A DNA stretch of 63,925 bases, filler included, from Perkinsus chesapeaki ATCC PRA-425 (GCA_013115145.1; 11 parts of 11 records of this genome joined end to end with filler, not necessarily neighbours in it), one strand, 5' to 3'. Counted from the whole stretch's first letter, positions 23,632 to 36,894 are shown. Made by a program: numbers and translations. Notes: a model not told the origin generated them from the sequence alone.

Positions 23632-24537
23632 AGGCACGCCGAAGTGAAAGAAGTAATTCGCATACAGGAGGTAACAGTTTAGCGAGGAGCTATTTCATAA
23701 TCGATCAGATGATCGATTCCGTCAGAGACTTCGGGAGTTGAGCGGTCCGGCTTTTAACGACCCATGTTTGGTCCACGACCCGATCGATTTAATATCTTTG
23801 GTAGTTAAGGGCTTCATCTGGCCACATGAAAATATGTTCATGGCTAAGTTTTACAAGATTCCTTTTAGTAACATCATTGGTTGTATCTTTCAGTTATATT
23901 TATATCAAACATCGTCTCGATTCTCTTAAAAATGGTCTCCCGGGCACTAAATTGTGATACTTTTCTTTTTCTGGGCGGACCAGACTGGGCCTGCTGGCAT
24001 TTGAAAATGTCCCGATGCATGGCACAGCTGTTCATAAAGAAATCCCAGAGATATTCTTTTTGGCGGGGTTTATGATCAAACTGCGAGGTGTTGTTCCATG
24101 GAACTTTGCGGCTCTCTCGGAATCATAAAAATATATCAATTATTAATTGGGAAATTATTTTCAGTTTTTTGCACATAGTCTTGGGAAGATATCCCCACTC
24201 GGAAAAATTTTCAGTGGGAGAGATTTTTGGTGGTCAGCAAACGATATGGACCGAAGATTCCGAGGGCCGTCGAGAGCCGTCTGATGAGATAAAATATCTT
24301 TTTTCGTATGTTGAGGAGGGAAGATTCATTCGAGGTCAGATTGCGGACACTCTGATCGATTGTGGGATTCGGGTTTTAGGGTTTTCGTGCGAAAGTCTGC
24401 AACAATTCATTCGACAACCTCGACCGTTGCTCCACCCGGTGAGCCGAAAAGTTATACCGGATGAAGTGATAAAGAGAGCTGATAGGTTTATTAATGTAAT
24501 AGCTAGTGGTGTCAGAAACGGTATCTTTGGTTAACGG

Positions 24538-24745
24538 GTGCAAGATACGACTTAGGTTGGAATATGGTATCTTAGGTTGATGTGTGCAAGATACGACTTA
24601 AGTTGGAATATGGTATCTTAGGTTGATGTGTGCAAGATACGATTTAGCTTAAAATATAGGGTCTCATCTTGTTTCTTGCGAGCTACATATTAGTTTAAAG
24701 AATGGTATCTTAGGGCGATGCATGCAAGATACGAATTAGGTTGAA
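24538..24745. repeat. 46-bp degenerate tandem repeat
   Basis: GTGCAAGATACGACTTAGGTTGGAATATGGTATCTTAGGTTGATGT starting at 24538, 24584 and 24630, with a decayed copy near 24720. Confidence 0.85.
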
Positions 24746-25029
24746 CTAGATCCCTGTTCAGTTCTTGATAAGCAAGTGGTTGATGACTCCATCCAAAAAG
24801 AGAGACTTGGCTTGGATTCCTGTACGGCGACTAACTGAGCTGGACATCAGGAATCTTAGCTTGGAGGTGCCTGCGCTCGCTCAAGAGTATCTTTGCGCAC
24901 TATAAAGATTTTTCTCTCAGGTTTTCCAAGTAATGGCTCATCAATCAGTTGTTGTTGATGAGAATATCTTTTTAAAAATGAACAAGGAGCAATTAGGTAA
25001 CCTCTGCACGGAGAGAAAATTTCCGATAT

Positions 25030-25110
25030 TTTGCGAAATTTTACTAAATTTTAAGAAATTTTGCTAAATTATACGAAATTTTACGAAATTTTGTGGAATT
25101 TTACGGTAGT
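25030..25110. repeat. ~10-bp periodic AAATTTT repeat
   Basis: ...CGAAATTTTACTAAATTTTAAGAAATTTTGCTAAATTATACGAAATTTTACGAAATTTTGTGGAATTTTACGG... Confidence 0.8.
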
Positions 25111-27741
25111 TTTTTCACTTGGGGGAATGTGGCCTACTTGGCATCATCTGCCGTCACAGAAAAGCGGAGGAGATACAATGGAAGTTTTGGTAGGACATAA
25201 AATAACTAAACTCTATTTACTGGTTCACCTTTGCTGTAGAGTAGGTTCCTAGACCGCCAACAGGAATCGTAGAATCGACCATTTCTGGTGTCGTCCTCTA
25301 TCACCCCTCAGGAATTTGCAGTGGAGTGCAATTATAAAATTATTCCAAGCTCTATTTAGTAGCCTACGAAATAGAGCTTGGAATAATTTAGTAGGACTAA
25401 GTCCTACTAATAGTAGGATTAGTTGTAAATTTGAAGTACTATTTAAAATTTTTGACATTTTTTCCAGTATTTTCGTTCATATGGAAATATCTATTCATTT
25501 AGTATATTAATTACTTATACGAACTATGCCATAGTGACTAGGGGGGCTCAATGAGGATGATGGGAAGCTAATCTCGCCAGTCTAATAATACAAGATCAAA
25601 TCTTCTTCACTGTTCGAGCACCCTCCATTGAAGATATTATGAGCGTCATTTTATTTTAGTGTCGGCAGCCAAAGCGCTTCATTCGATGTTTATGACAAAT
25701 TTTACGGTAGAGCAACGAAGAGAGTTTCGTCCGCCTCATGGAGAGCCGTTTGCGAAGTGGCCTCGGCCGGGCCGGGGTCGGGTAATCCGAGCTCAAAGAA
25801 TCTTTCTGCACGCATGCGCATCGTTCTCAGATTAATTCGAAGAATGTGCGTTTGGCACTTTCCCAGTATATCCTGCGTGAATTGAGGCAAATTCTGCGTC
25901 GCGCGCCAGGAAATTCAAAGCACATGATTTGCTACGTGACGGTTGGAGCGTTGGCACTGTTTGACAAGGATTTGAGGAGACGGTGAGAAATCCACCGGCC
26001 GGGAAAAACCCGTAAATGTCGGGAAAAATGGGAATTTTCGGGAAAAAAATCCGGAAATTTTCTCCTGAAACGCGATAGGAATCACACGAGGCCGGACGGG
26101 ATGGGACAAAATTAGTCGGACGGATTTTAATGAATTTTCAAAGAGGTTTGGGTCATCCGTCACGCGCCACGGAATTGTGTAGAACGGTGAGGAAGTCTTC
26201 AAATTTCGAATGTTGTATACATTATTGAGCTGATTTGTGACTGTTTTTACTTTAGCGATAGGAAATATCTTCTTCAACTTTTACATCTACTTTTTTATTT
26301 TTATTTCCAATTTCTATTATACTTCAACTCCTTATTTTTATCCACAATTTTTCCACTTTTTTCTCTATTAGAAATCAGGTACCAGGGAGGCATGCTGCAT
26401 GATTCTTCTGACACCTCTAGCTAGCAGTTGGTCGGCTCTATGATGAAGAAGGCGGAGCGAAGCGATTATTGTTTATTATTATTGTTAATTCGCTATATGC
26501 AGCTTGTGATTTGCGGAAGGAGTGGTATGAATATTTTATCTGCACGCATGCGCAAGATACCTTTTTGTGTCCGAGAAAATACAGTTTCTCTGCAATGACA
26601 GTTATAATCTTTAGTTTTGAATCTTTCTCGCCGGCGATCGGCAATGGGATCATTGAAGTTGATACGATCTGCTCAATGAGAAGTATATGGCTGACTAAGC
26701 CGTAGTTCTTTAGTCCTCAGTAGGTGAAACGATATTCCCGGTGACCGCAAGGTTTCGACGATTTTTTTTCGGTCAACCCCAATAACTTCGTGTGTGGGGT
26801 GTCTGACTGGGATTTGGCATAGGAGATTTACCGTCCGTGTTTAAGAAAAAATGGTCTTTTGTAGATTGAAAACAAGTTTTTCTCAGATTGGTCGATAACA
26901 GTCTTCCATCTTGCGCATGGCCGTATTCATTTCCAATAGATTGGCTTGGTAGGAGCAAACCATCATTTTGGCTTTGGCTTCTAACACCACTTTAAGCGCG
27001 TCGGACTCAACTCACTTCCTTTTCAAATCTTACTCGGTGAAAATTTTTCTGCATTGATGTTATTCTAATTCTTCCGTTCATTCGATATGTCCTCAGCAAA
27101 TACTGTTGTCTTTTAAAATGTTAATTCCTTCGACTTGGATGATTTTATTCATTATTATATTATACAGAAGTGACGGTGTGATGACGGAGGTTGATGATGC
27201 GATGCTGGGGACGGGGCAGTTGGTCCACAGGGTAAGTTCGAAGATAAATAGTAGGAAATAATTAATAAGAAATGGAAGCTGGTCAGCGTGGCCATGCATC
27301 TGAGTCGCCAGGTTGTCGAAAAACTTTTGAAATCTAACACATCTGGAACATCTCTTAGGGATTATCTTCGTCATGATGATGAAGATTTAGTTGGTCCGTA
27401 GGGTGATGAATTTCGGTAAAATACAAATTCAGTTGGTCAGAAGAGCGAGGCAGCGGTAGGATATTCGGATGTGAAGGTTTCGGTTAATCTGTTATACTAA
27501 TATATAATACTGTTGGTACAGATATGGTGTACATCTAATTGTATACGTATAGGATAGGACAGCGGCGGCGGCGGTACCCCTGCTGAACAACGGTATCGAT
27601 GATAAATAGAATAATATTATTGAGAATATATAAGAGCTGGTCAGCGAAATGTCTCGGAGTTGCCTCGCCATTGGAAAATCGATTGCGTTGAGATGTTCTC
27701 GCTGGGGGTCGTACATGAGACTAGATATCGCATAACCCAAA

Positions 27742-27811
27742 TAGTCCCGGCGGGGGTCGAACCCGCGACCTACGGCTCATAAGACCGTCGCTCTAACCAC
27801 TGAGCTACAGG
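27742..27811 (-). tRNA. tRNA-Ile(TAT), intronless, first ~3 nt cut off by the contig end
   Basis: CCTGTAGCTCAGTGGTTAGAGCG-ACGGT-CT-TAT-GA-GCCGT-AGGTC-GCGGG-TTCGACC-CCCGC-CGGGACTA. Confidence 0.92.
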
Positions 27812-27911
27812 NNNNNNNNNNNNNNNNNNNNNNNNNNNNNNNNNNNNNNNNNNNNTTAATTAATTAANNNNNNNNNNNNNNNNNNNNNNNNNNNNNNNNN
27901 NNNNNNNNNNN

Positions 27912-30688
27912 CTGCTCTGCAACAGTTACAATGTGCCATCGTGTTCACCTCCACCGGCCCGGTTGTCTTCACTGGCATTGAGGATCTAACATCATCATTC
28001 CACAGCCAGATCTACAAGACAATCTCCAATTCCGCTAAGTGTCGCCAACCTAAGAAGATTCGAGATCAAGATGTATCTATAACACATCAACCTATGACCC
28101 ACGTCATTCGTTTAATGTCTGATGGTCGATCTACATCTACTTGTTCTGTCGTCACCGGCTCCAACAGTGCCACCACTCATCTCGACCTTCTCCACGGTGA
28201 TATCTGGAATGGCAAGATCGTCGACAAGGATAACTGCAACCCCAACCTCAACTGCACCATTCCTGATACAATCGTCACTGATCCCTACTCTTCAGCGGAT
28301 CTGATGGATGAGAAACCAGGTGAACTACAAGCTACATCTGATGTTACCGATTATCTACCTCCATGGAAAGTTATCCAGAGAAGGTGGATATCAGACTTCA
28401 GCGCTCCACTTGGACGCTGTCAATTATCAGTGCCATGGTTGTCCAAAGAACGACCAGATCATAACTTCCGGATTGCGGCCCGCCGAGGAGCAGCCTCTAT
28501 CCAACGACTATCGTCTGAGGAAAAGCATCTATTCCACCAATCTCTACAGACCTTCATCGACCGAAAGTACTGCGGCATCGTGCAAGATAACTCCATCGGC
28601 AACTATATGGTTCCCCCCTCATCTGATCGATGTCAATCTATATGGCGTGATCTACATGAAGGTACATCTATGGCTAACTCCATCGTCCCCAAGCCGATCC
28701 ACTATACCCCTAGCCACATGGTCTTCCGTAAGGATCACTGTACGACACCTTGTCGCATCGTACTAGATTATCGAGTGTTAAACCGATTTTCCCATCGTGG
28801 AGGATCAACTCAACATAATCTAGTTGGCACACTATTATCGGTGAGATCTATGGAGTTTATGATATCAGCCGATATATCTAAGGCCTTTTGTGAGATGTTC
28901 GCCGATCCATCGGATATCCCATTCATCGGATATACCTGTATAGGCAACTTTACATTGTTATGGAATCGGGTCAGCTTTGGATCTACCTGTGCTCCTGCTA
29001 TGCTCGAGGCCGACCTTAACGACATGTCTGATGAGATCTACAACATCGTTCTCCTAGCCAAGCACCAAGATCTATCGAGGCCCCCTACATCGACCGTTCC
29101 TGGTTGGAATCTCTCTGCCAGCGATCTCAAGAAGATCCTCCTATGCCCGACCAATGACAATGTGGATTGGATCCGCTTCGGACCACAGATTCCTACAAGC
29201 ATCTCGATAGTTTGGTTCGTCGACGATGTCTACATCGGTGGAGTATCTAAAACACACACTATCGACTGCTATAGCTTCGCCGCCCATGTATATGAAGGTC
29301 ACCATAAACTGTTCGATCCCAACAAGAACTTCACATCATGGATTATCCCTAGTGAACAACATTCTGATCAACCAGAGACTCTGAGAAAACTTCTTGGTTA
29401 TCTCTTTCGCCGATCATCTGATCTTCTTCATGCTGTCTATGAGGCCGACCCTGTACCAATCAACGGATCAATGACTAAAAGAAAGGCTAGTTCCTACCTC
29501 TTATCCCTCTACGATCCGCTTGGTATCGTCCTCGAGCAAGTCATGATCGGTAGACTAATCTGGAGGAAGATTACTGAGATAACTAAAAACTGGGATGCTA
29601 ATATCAGTGGTGAACATCAACAACAAGTGTCTGAATGGGTCGACAACTCTATCAAGATCTGCAATGATGCCACCTATGGAGTTCCTCGGTTCATCAACAT
29701 CAATGATAACCCTGTGGTTCTATCCGTAGATGCATCTTTAATTGCATGGGGTATTGATCTCAGATGTTTATCATCCCCTAATGATCGCCTTATGAGTAGA
29801 GCTGGCGTATTCCCTAAGAATCAGATGAAGTGGAGCATCCCCCGCAAGGAGTTAGAATCGTTGTGGAAAGGTTTAAAATGGATCAAGATGTTTTCGATCT
29901 ACCTTCCGGTCAAGACTAATCTTACTGCTCACCAACAACCACTACATCCTCTTAAACCGGACCCTAAACCTCAACGACTTCTAGTTATCACTGATTCTGA
30001 AATTAATGTATATCGGTTGAGAAAATCTTCAAATGATAAGCGACTACCTTCTGTTGAACGACGAAGACTAACTGAGATTCGTCAGCTATGTGTTGATCTG
30101 GATGCTATAGTTTATCATGTACCATCTGAAGTCAACCCCGCTGACTCCCTATCCCGAGCTAAACCTGGTATCCACCACTATAACGACAAGATCAAGAACG
30201 CCATTAAGACTGCGACAGTGATCTATGACCATCGAGATTCGTTGGATGAGTCCTCTAGTACATATCCTACTACTTTGGATCTACCTCCAGACGAGTTCGT
30301 GGCCGCTACTGTCACTGTTAATCCTGATGGTATTCCCCTACCTGATTTATCAACTATAAGAGATCCTGAACAACGAGCAGAGTTGGAACGTATCTTGGAT
30401 TATGCTAGGCATCAATATTCTCCTGACAATAATCCTATACTAGATACTATCGAGTTCACCGATGCTATCGAGTCCTGTGCTAAGAGGTGTCAACTGCTCG
30501 ACGAGGATCTTCGTTTCTTGAAGTTATATCTAGAAGGCAACATCAACATCAATGAGATGGGTAGCAGAGCTACACATGTCACACGCTTGGCTACCATCTG
30601 CGATCTTGATGATAAGAAGATTATAAGAAGACGTCTACAAGATTCCGAGTGGAAACGTGTACATGAACACGCTGATGGTGTTGCTTGA
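27912..30688 (+). mobile_element. BEL/Pao-family LTR retrotransposon pol fragment (RT and RNase H), 5'-truncated, no integrase within the ORF
   Basis: HYTPSHMVFRKDHCTTPCRIVLDY, DISKAF, RVSFGSTCAPAML, FVDD, KLLGY, LYDPLGIV, VDAS and WSIPRKEL in the order typical of Pao RT and RNase H. Confidence 0.85.
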
Positions 30689-31201
30689 CGCTAAGGTTTA
30701 GTTTATGCGCGAGCTCCCTGTGCCGGACCAAGTACTATAATAACTCAANNNNNNNNNNNNNNNNNNNNNNNNNNNNNNNNNNNNNNNNNNNNTTAATTAA
30801 TTAANNNNNNNNNNNNNNNNNNNNNNNNNNNNNNNNNNNNNNNNNNNNAACTACCCATATAAACTATTTCCGCGTTTGTTGACGTTCGACCCGTTTTCTG
30901 TATACGTTCGACCCCGCGGCCCAAACACTGCCATTGCAGCTCCTTTCCGACTAGCAGAAAAGTACGAACAGCAATTCCAGTGAGTCTGCGTACTACTATA
31001 TACTCTACCATCCACCAAAGACCACACCATGGCCCTCAAACCACGGTGTATCAAGCATGTAGTCCCAGACAGGTGTTGCAAGGTAGTGGTATAAAATCGA
31101 TTAGAATGGCGCGCGCTATTGCCGTTCATCGCACCATACCATTGCTGGCTGGTGTAGGTGTTGATAGAGCTGGTTGTTATTGTTAGTTGCTGTAGTAGAC
31201 C

Positions 31202-33652
31202 ATGTTCTTTCCCTCATCATCCGGGCATAAGAAGCCCTCGGCTGCAGTAGCTGCCACCAGTGACTCTAGCAGTGGTGATCCTACCGCCGATGCTATATCT
31301 GGCAAGTTCGATCCTACAGCCTTAGAGCGAGGTAAGATACCACCAACCAGCCGCCACCGGGACCATGGCTTTTTCAGGTGCTAAGGCTTTGAAGGAGCTT
31401 GATGCCTCTCCTAATGCCACTAAGGCCTTCGAGATTATCAAGCTCCAGGAGCAGAGCAAGCAGAAGGAGTTCCAAACTGAGATAGAGAGAGCTCAGACTC
31501 AACGGACCCAAATGGGCCTTCAAAGGGCTCAAGTAGGCATTTGTGGGATGCAAGGTTGGAGCTAAGATTCAATGGTCGTAGGTTGAGGGTGAGGAAAAGC
31601 GTAAGACTATCGCGGAGCAGCAGGACCAGGAGCGAAGGACCTCTCAGTAGGGAAGGTGCTGCGGCTGGGATTGGAACCGGGGACCTTCAGGTACAAGGCT
31701 CAATTGGAATCAGAACTTTATCAGAAAAAGCTGGCAGACCAGCAAAAACAGAATGAAGACTGGCTGGCTCAGCAGCATCAACAATTTTTGAGGTAGTAGC
31801 TTCGCTCCGCCTTCCTCGCCGAACCCGCCATGGCAGGCAAGAGGAGATTCGTAAGAAGAACGATGTCGAGGTCGAAGAGTCTCGTCGCCGAACTCTCATG
31901 GAGGTACTAGTCTTGCCAATCGCTCCTATATGACTTGTCTTCAGCAAATGAGGCTGCAGCGCGATAATGATGTGGCAAAGGCCCAAGCTGAAGCGGATGG
32001 TCGTATCAAACAGGAGCGAGAGAACGTTGATGTGAGAACGGCTGCACTCAATGGCTGCCGTCCTCATGCCGTTCTCGTTGTAGGTTCACCTCCGTGAGAT
32101 GCGTGCAAAGTCCGCTGAAGAGCGCAAGACCAAGCTGGATACTATCAACGCTACTCTGGGGTCCCTCGGTAAGGCCCCACATCTGTGATGTTGGCCAGAG
32201 GTGTCTTAGGCTCTGGTTTCCGCTCGCTCTTGGATGATAAGACCAAGATGACCGCTCTAGTCACTGGTCTCACCGCTGTGGCCTTGGGAATGTAATGAGC
32301 TCCGCAATACGGTAACTGCAGCTCTACTATCTCAGTTATTCGGCCAAGGCTGGTACGAAGGTCGCCGGAAATCTGTTGGAGAAGAGGCTCGGAAAGCCCC
32401 CGCTGGTCCGAGAGACCAGTCGGAAGTCCTGGAGCAGGGCTCTTGGTAGGAGGAGGAGGGCTGGCTCTGCTACTGAGCATGATTATCTTCTATTAGGTTT
32501 TGGCCGCCCTGCCAGCACTAACATGCTTGAGAAGATTGTATTGCAGGATGAGTTGGCGGAGCGGTTACAGTGGACAACCAATTCCATTATTAATGCCAAG
32601 AAGAACGGCACACCATTCAGGCATCTTATGCTCTATGGTCCACCAGGTAAGGGGCCCTTCAGAGGCCTGCCGCGTGGAGCCAGTGTGGAGTCAAGGTACC
32701 GGTAAGACCCTGTTCGCTCGTACACTAGCTCGCCAATCTGGTCTGGATTATGCCATCATGACCGGTGGTGATGTCGGCCCGCTCGGGAAGGATGCGGTAA
32801 GATGATTATGGTGGCAAGCTGGTATGGATAGGATGGTCTTTTAGGTTGAGGAGATGAACCGTCTTTTTGCTTGGGCGAATACGAGCAAGAAGGGCCTTAT
32901 CCTCTTTATTGATGAGGCTGATGCTTTCCTTAGACGCGGCCGCATGTCCAGCTCCAGTAATATTGTTATCCCTCATACCGTATCTTCCTATAATCGTCCA
33001 TAGGTAACATGTCCGAAGACGCCCGTAATGTCCTGTCGGCCTTCCTCGCCCACACTGGTACTGAGAACGATAAATTCATGGTTGTCATGGCTACTAACGT
33101 TCGTGAGGTGAGTCGGCGGAGCGAAGCGTGTCGGGATTACAGGTTTTGTTTGTTTACAGGTTCTCGACCGTGCCGTTCTCGATCGTATCGATGAACAGTT
33201 TGAGTTCCCTCTGCCTGAGTTTGAGCAGCGTCGACAGATGCTCGACCTCTTCATGGACGAGTACATCCGTCAACCGACCAAGGCCGGCAAGATCATTGAG
33301 GTTAGCAGAAGGTATCTTAGGTCCATCAATGTAAGATATGTAACAGGTCGATCCCAGCATAGACTCCTCGTACCTCGATGAAGTGGCCCGAAGAACTGAT
33401 GGCTTCTCTGGCCGACAAATGAGCAAGCTCGTTTTGGCATACCAGGCAGCCGTGTTCGGTTCTGGTAAGAATCTTCGAGTTAGTTGTCCTCCACCTTATC
33501 CCCTGCATTCGTCAGGTGCTAACAAGCTCACCAAGGGCCTAGCCGATACCATCCTCAACTGGAAGCTCGCTCATTACGAGGGAGATGTTGATACGATGCA
33601 GCGGCATGAAGCCGAGGAGCTGAAGGCTAAGGCGCACCAGCTCGTTGAGTAA
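31202..33652 (+). CDS. ATAD3: ATPase family AAA domain-containing protein 3 (mitochondrial), multi-exon
   Basis: [90 protein letters not shown] 31202, stop TAA 33650-33652. Confidence 0.93.
31655..31690 (-). pseudogene. tRNA 3'-half relic, antisense, filling ATAD3 intron 31647-31690
   Basis: Reverse complement reads CTGAAGGTCCCCGGTTCCAATCCCAGCCGCAGCACC; removing the intron joins RRTSQ to YKAQLE. Confidence 0.65.
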
Positions 33653-33912
33653 TCCATTTCGATCATCTGTTGTAATTTATCAAACCACTACTGAACGCTG
33701 CTCTCCCCCTCCGACTGCCACCACCGCTGTCTGTCATCATCCTACTACAAATCCATTCGTTTCCGTTTTCCTTCACCAAAAACAACACGGTAGTAGCATT
33801 CCCAACGGCGACACTCGTTTCTGCTGTGGACCTGAGGAGGCCGGATTGAGTTCGACAGTTTGGGGCTGTGACGGCTGCGGGGCTGACTACCGAGCTCACC
33901 GAAGTTTGTAAT

Positions 33913-35965
33913 ATGGCACCGGCCGCTAATGACCACGACGCTGCGGTAGCGCAGGTCGCTGAAATAGCCAATGTATCAGTAGAGAGAGCAAGGCAACTTT
34001 TGGAGGTGTGCGATTATGATGTTGAACGAGCTGTAACACTTCACTTGGCAAATAACGATGAACAGGCAGCCGCGAGGTAATGCATATTGGTGCGGAGGGA
34101 GCGGTATGGTGTGCAGCTCGTCGATGATGCCGCCGGCCTCATCATCCTCTACGTCGGCACAACCTAGAGAATATGCCCCAACCAGAAGGGTTGTGGCGCC
34201 TCGGCCAGCTACCCCACCACCACAGAACAGTACTGAACCATGTCCTTCATTACCACCTATCTTCCAGGCTCCCTCACAACACCCTTGCTCGGCGAGGGTG
34301 AAGCCGCTGAGCCGGACAGAGACAGGCAGCAGCAGCAGCCTTGGTGGCGGTCTGTACTGTCCGCGGTGACCTCCTTCTTTACCAAGTGTTTCGGCTTCCT
34401 CGGGGCATGTTTTAAGGTAAATAACTTGCCGCCCACTTCGTCGATGCACTAGCTCTGCCTTCAGGGCATTTGGGGTTTCTTCACTGCTGGATTCGGTGGT
34501 AGCACAGTTTACGATTTCAACCAATGGTTGGAGAGGGACGCTGTCGGCGCTCATCCGCACCCTCGATTTTTCTCGGGGACCTTCACGCAGGTGATAAGCC
34601 GGCCTTCGGCCGTCTGTCGGGTTATCGATTTGTTAGGCGCTTTCGGATGCCGAACGCTCCACTAAGTTCCTCTTTGTTTACCTCCACAACTCCGGTCCAC
34701 ACTACACGGAAGAAACAGACAAGTTCAAGTCGGACATCCTCCAGGGTGACTCTACCATTCGAGAGCTGCTGGACGAGAACTTCATCTTGTGGGGCGTTGA
34801 CTGCGGCACGGCCCAGGGCTACTCCTTGGCATACAGGGTGAGCTGAGGCAGCTCGGGGGGAGAGAGGTTGTAATTGTTAGGTAATGCGGGCGCGCACTTT
34901 CCCGTATCTGTGCGCGTTGATGCCTAAGACACCTGGCAGCTCCACGACAGGACTGCAGACCGCCGTCGAGCCCGATTCGGAGCTTCGGTAGGCTGGCAAG
35001 GCGATCTTCGCTGGAAATGGGGGGTTGTTTGGTCAGCGTGAGTGGTGTGCTTCAAGGCGATGATGCTTGCTCGGTGGAGAAGGTAACGGCTTTATTGCTC
35101 AAGTGCTTGGAGGACCAAAATGAGGTAAAGGAAGCTGGTAGAATGGAGTGTGGAGGAGGAAGGCTGCTTAGATGCGAAGTAGAGCTGAGGCGGTGAGGCT
35201 TCAACAGCAAATGGATCGAGAGTTAAGAGAGCAGCAAGATCAGGAGTAGTAGTGGGGGAGGGGGAGACGGTCATTGGTGGTCATGGTAGGTACCAGGAGG
35301 CATTGGCACAGGACAGAGAGGCCGAGCGGAACAGACGAGAAGCGGAAGAACGTAATACTTTACAATGGGGGAGTGGTGAAGTGGAAGGTCGGGTTAGGGA
35401 GTAAGAAGGAGGCTGAGGAGGAGTTTGAAAGGGGAAAGAGGGTCCAGAGAAGGAGGGAGAATGCACGTCGGAGGGTAGAGGAAATGGAGCAGCCAGCAGC
35501 GGGACAGACCGCTGCACATATTGTATTGAAGATGCCCAGTGGAAAGGTACTAATTGAAGGAGCTGCCAGCTCCGAGCTGGGTTTGGGTTACCGCAGTGCT
35601 TCAGCGATTTGATCGGAAGTTTGTGGCTGATGCCACAGTACAGGATCTGTACCAATGGGCTGATGTTTGTGTTGATGATGCTATTCGAGATCAAGAGCCC
35701 GATGACGAAGAGGAGGATAGCCTCGAGTAGTGTCTCATCTCATCGGAGGGCTCCACCAAGGCGTTCGGGTAGGTACTTCGAGCTCAGCACAGCATTCCCA
35801 GTCACCAAGCTGCGTGGCCAGAAAGAGCGAACGCTGAAGGTAGGTATGCTGTGACACGCATGCGAGTGACATAAGCCCTAGGACGTGGGACTGGTACCAA
35901 ATGCTGTCGTGATGATCGCTCCCATCGACCCTGAAGAGGATCCTCAGCTCGACGAGGTTCACTGA
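33913..35965 (+). CDS. UBX-domain p97/Cdc48 adaptor (UBA-like, UAS, coiled coil, UBX; FAF1/FAF2-like), multi-exon
   Basis: ARQLLEVCDYDVERAVTLHL (UBA-like), KFLFVYLH...ENFILWGVD (UAS), IVLKMPSGK...RKFVADATVQDLYQW...FELSTAFP...GLVPNAVVMI (UBX). Confidence 0.8.
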
Positions 35966-36894
35966 TTCCCCCTTCATTGTTTTATATACCGCCTGTCGTT
36001 TCTATTAAAGAGAGTGTTGAGTGATGGAGTGGTTCGGTGGCTGACGATGCGTTGAAGTTTTTCCGCGGACAATTATGATGCAGCGGTTCGCACGTCAACT
36101 TTGCAGCAGCTCTTTGCCTCGGTTGTCTTTCCGAAGTGGACCAGCGGCGCTTGCAAAGGTAAGAGCTTCTCAGTGACGATTCCTGATACCTTTGCATTGG
36201 AAGGCCCTGTTTGACAAGTATACAAATGTAGACATTATGATAGCCACGCCTTTGGACCCGAGAGGAATGCGAACATCTGAACTGAAGAAGAGACTGCGAA
36301 ACCTTCCGGGGTTTGAGGTAGCTTTGTGACACTGTGGTTGTGGAGACTTGACGATGCCTTTTAGGATGATCTTACCTTCACTGATACATATCGTCAGGAT
36401 ATCCTATCCGAATGGCAACAGCTGACCGATAACAAGCATGATACAGATTTCCATATGCCAGGAAAGGTAGCTACAGCATTTGAGTGTTGTCTGTCGGGCG
36501 TTGGTGACTTGGGTATTACAGGAGAAAGCTGGCCCACTAACTTTTCACCGAGAGGCAGATCCTGTTAATAAAGATGGGAAGGATCTATATGATTCGCACG
36601 GCCGCATAGATTTCAAGGGTGGTTGCTGATGATGGTTGCATTGTTATTATGAGTTTTTGATACTTCACATTTGCTTGCATTCACGATAGTCAGTTTAGGA
36701 TTTGCGTTTGTGTCGAGTAAGCAAGACATACACTAATAATCGGACTAGGTGTGGCCGGGTTATAGGCGAGTAGAGTGTTTCAAATCGAAGCATGATCTCC
36801 TTCCACATTAAGATTGGTCAGCCGGTGGATACGATAAGTACCCGAAGAATTAGATAACCCGGTGTTGTCGGTACCAGCCCCCGGGCCGCACTGA

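Noticed and set aside
23738-26958. Short ORFs in contig 2 as protein genes
   Set aside because: No recognisable domains or consistent exon chains could be built by eye; left unannotated.
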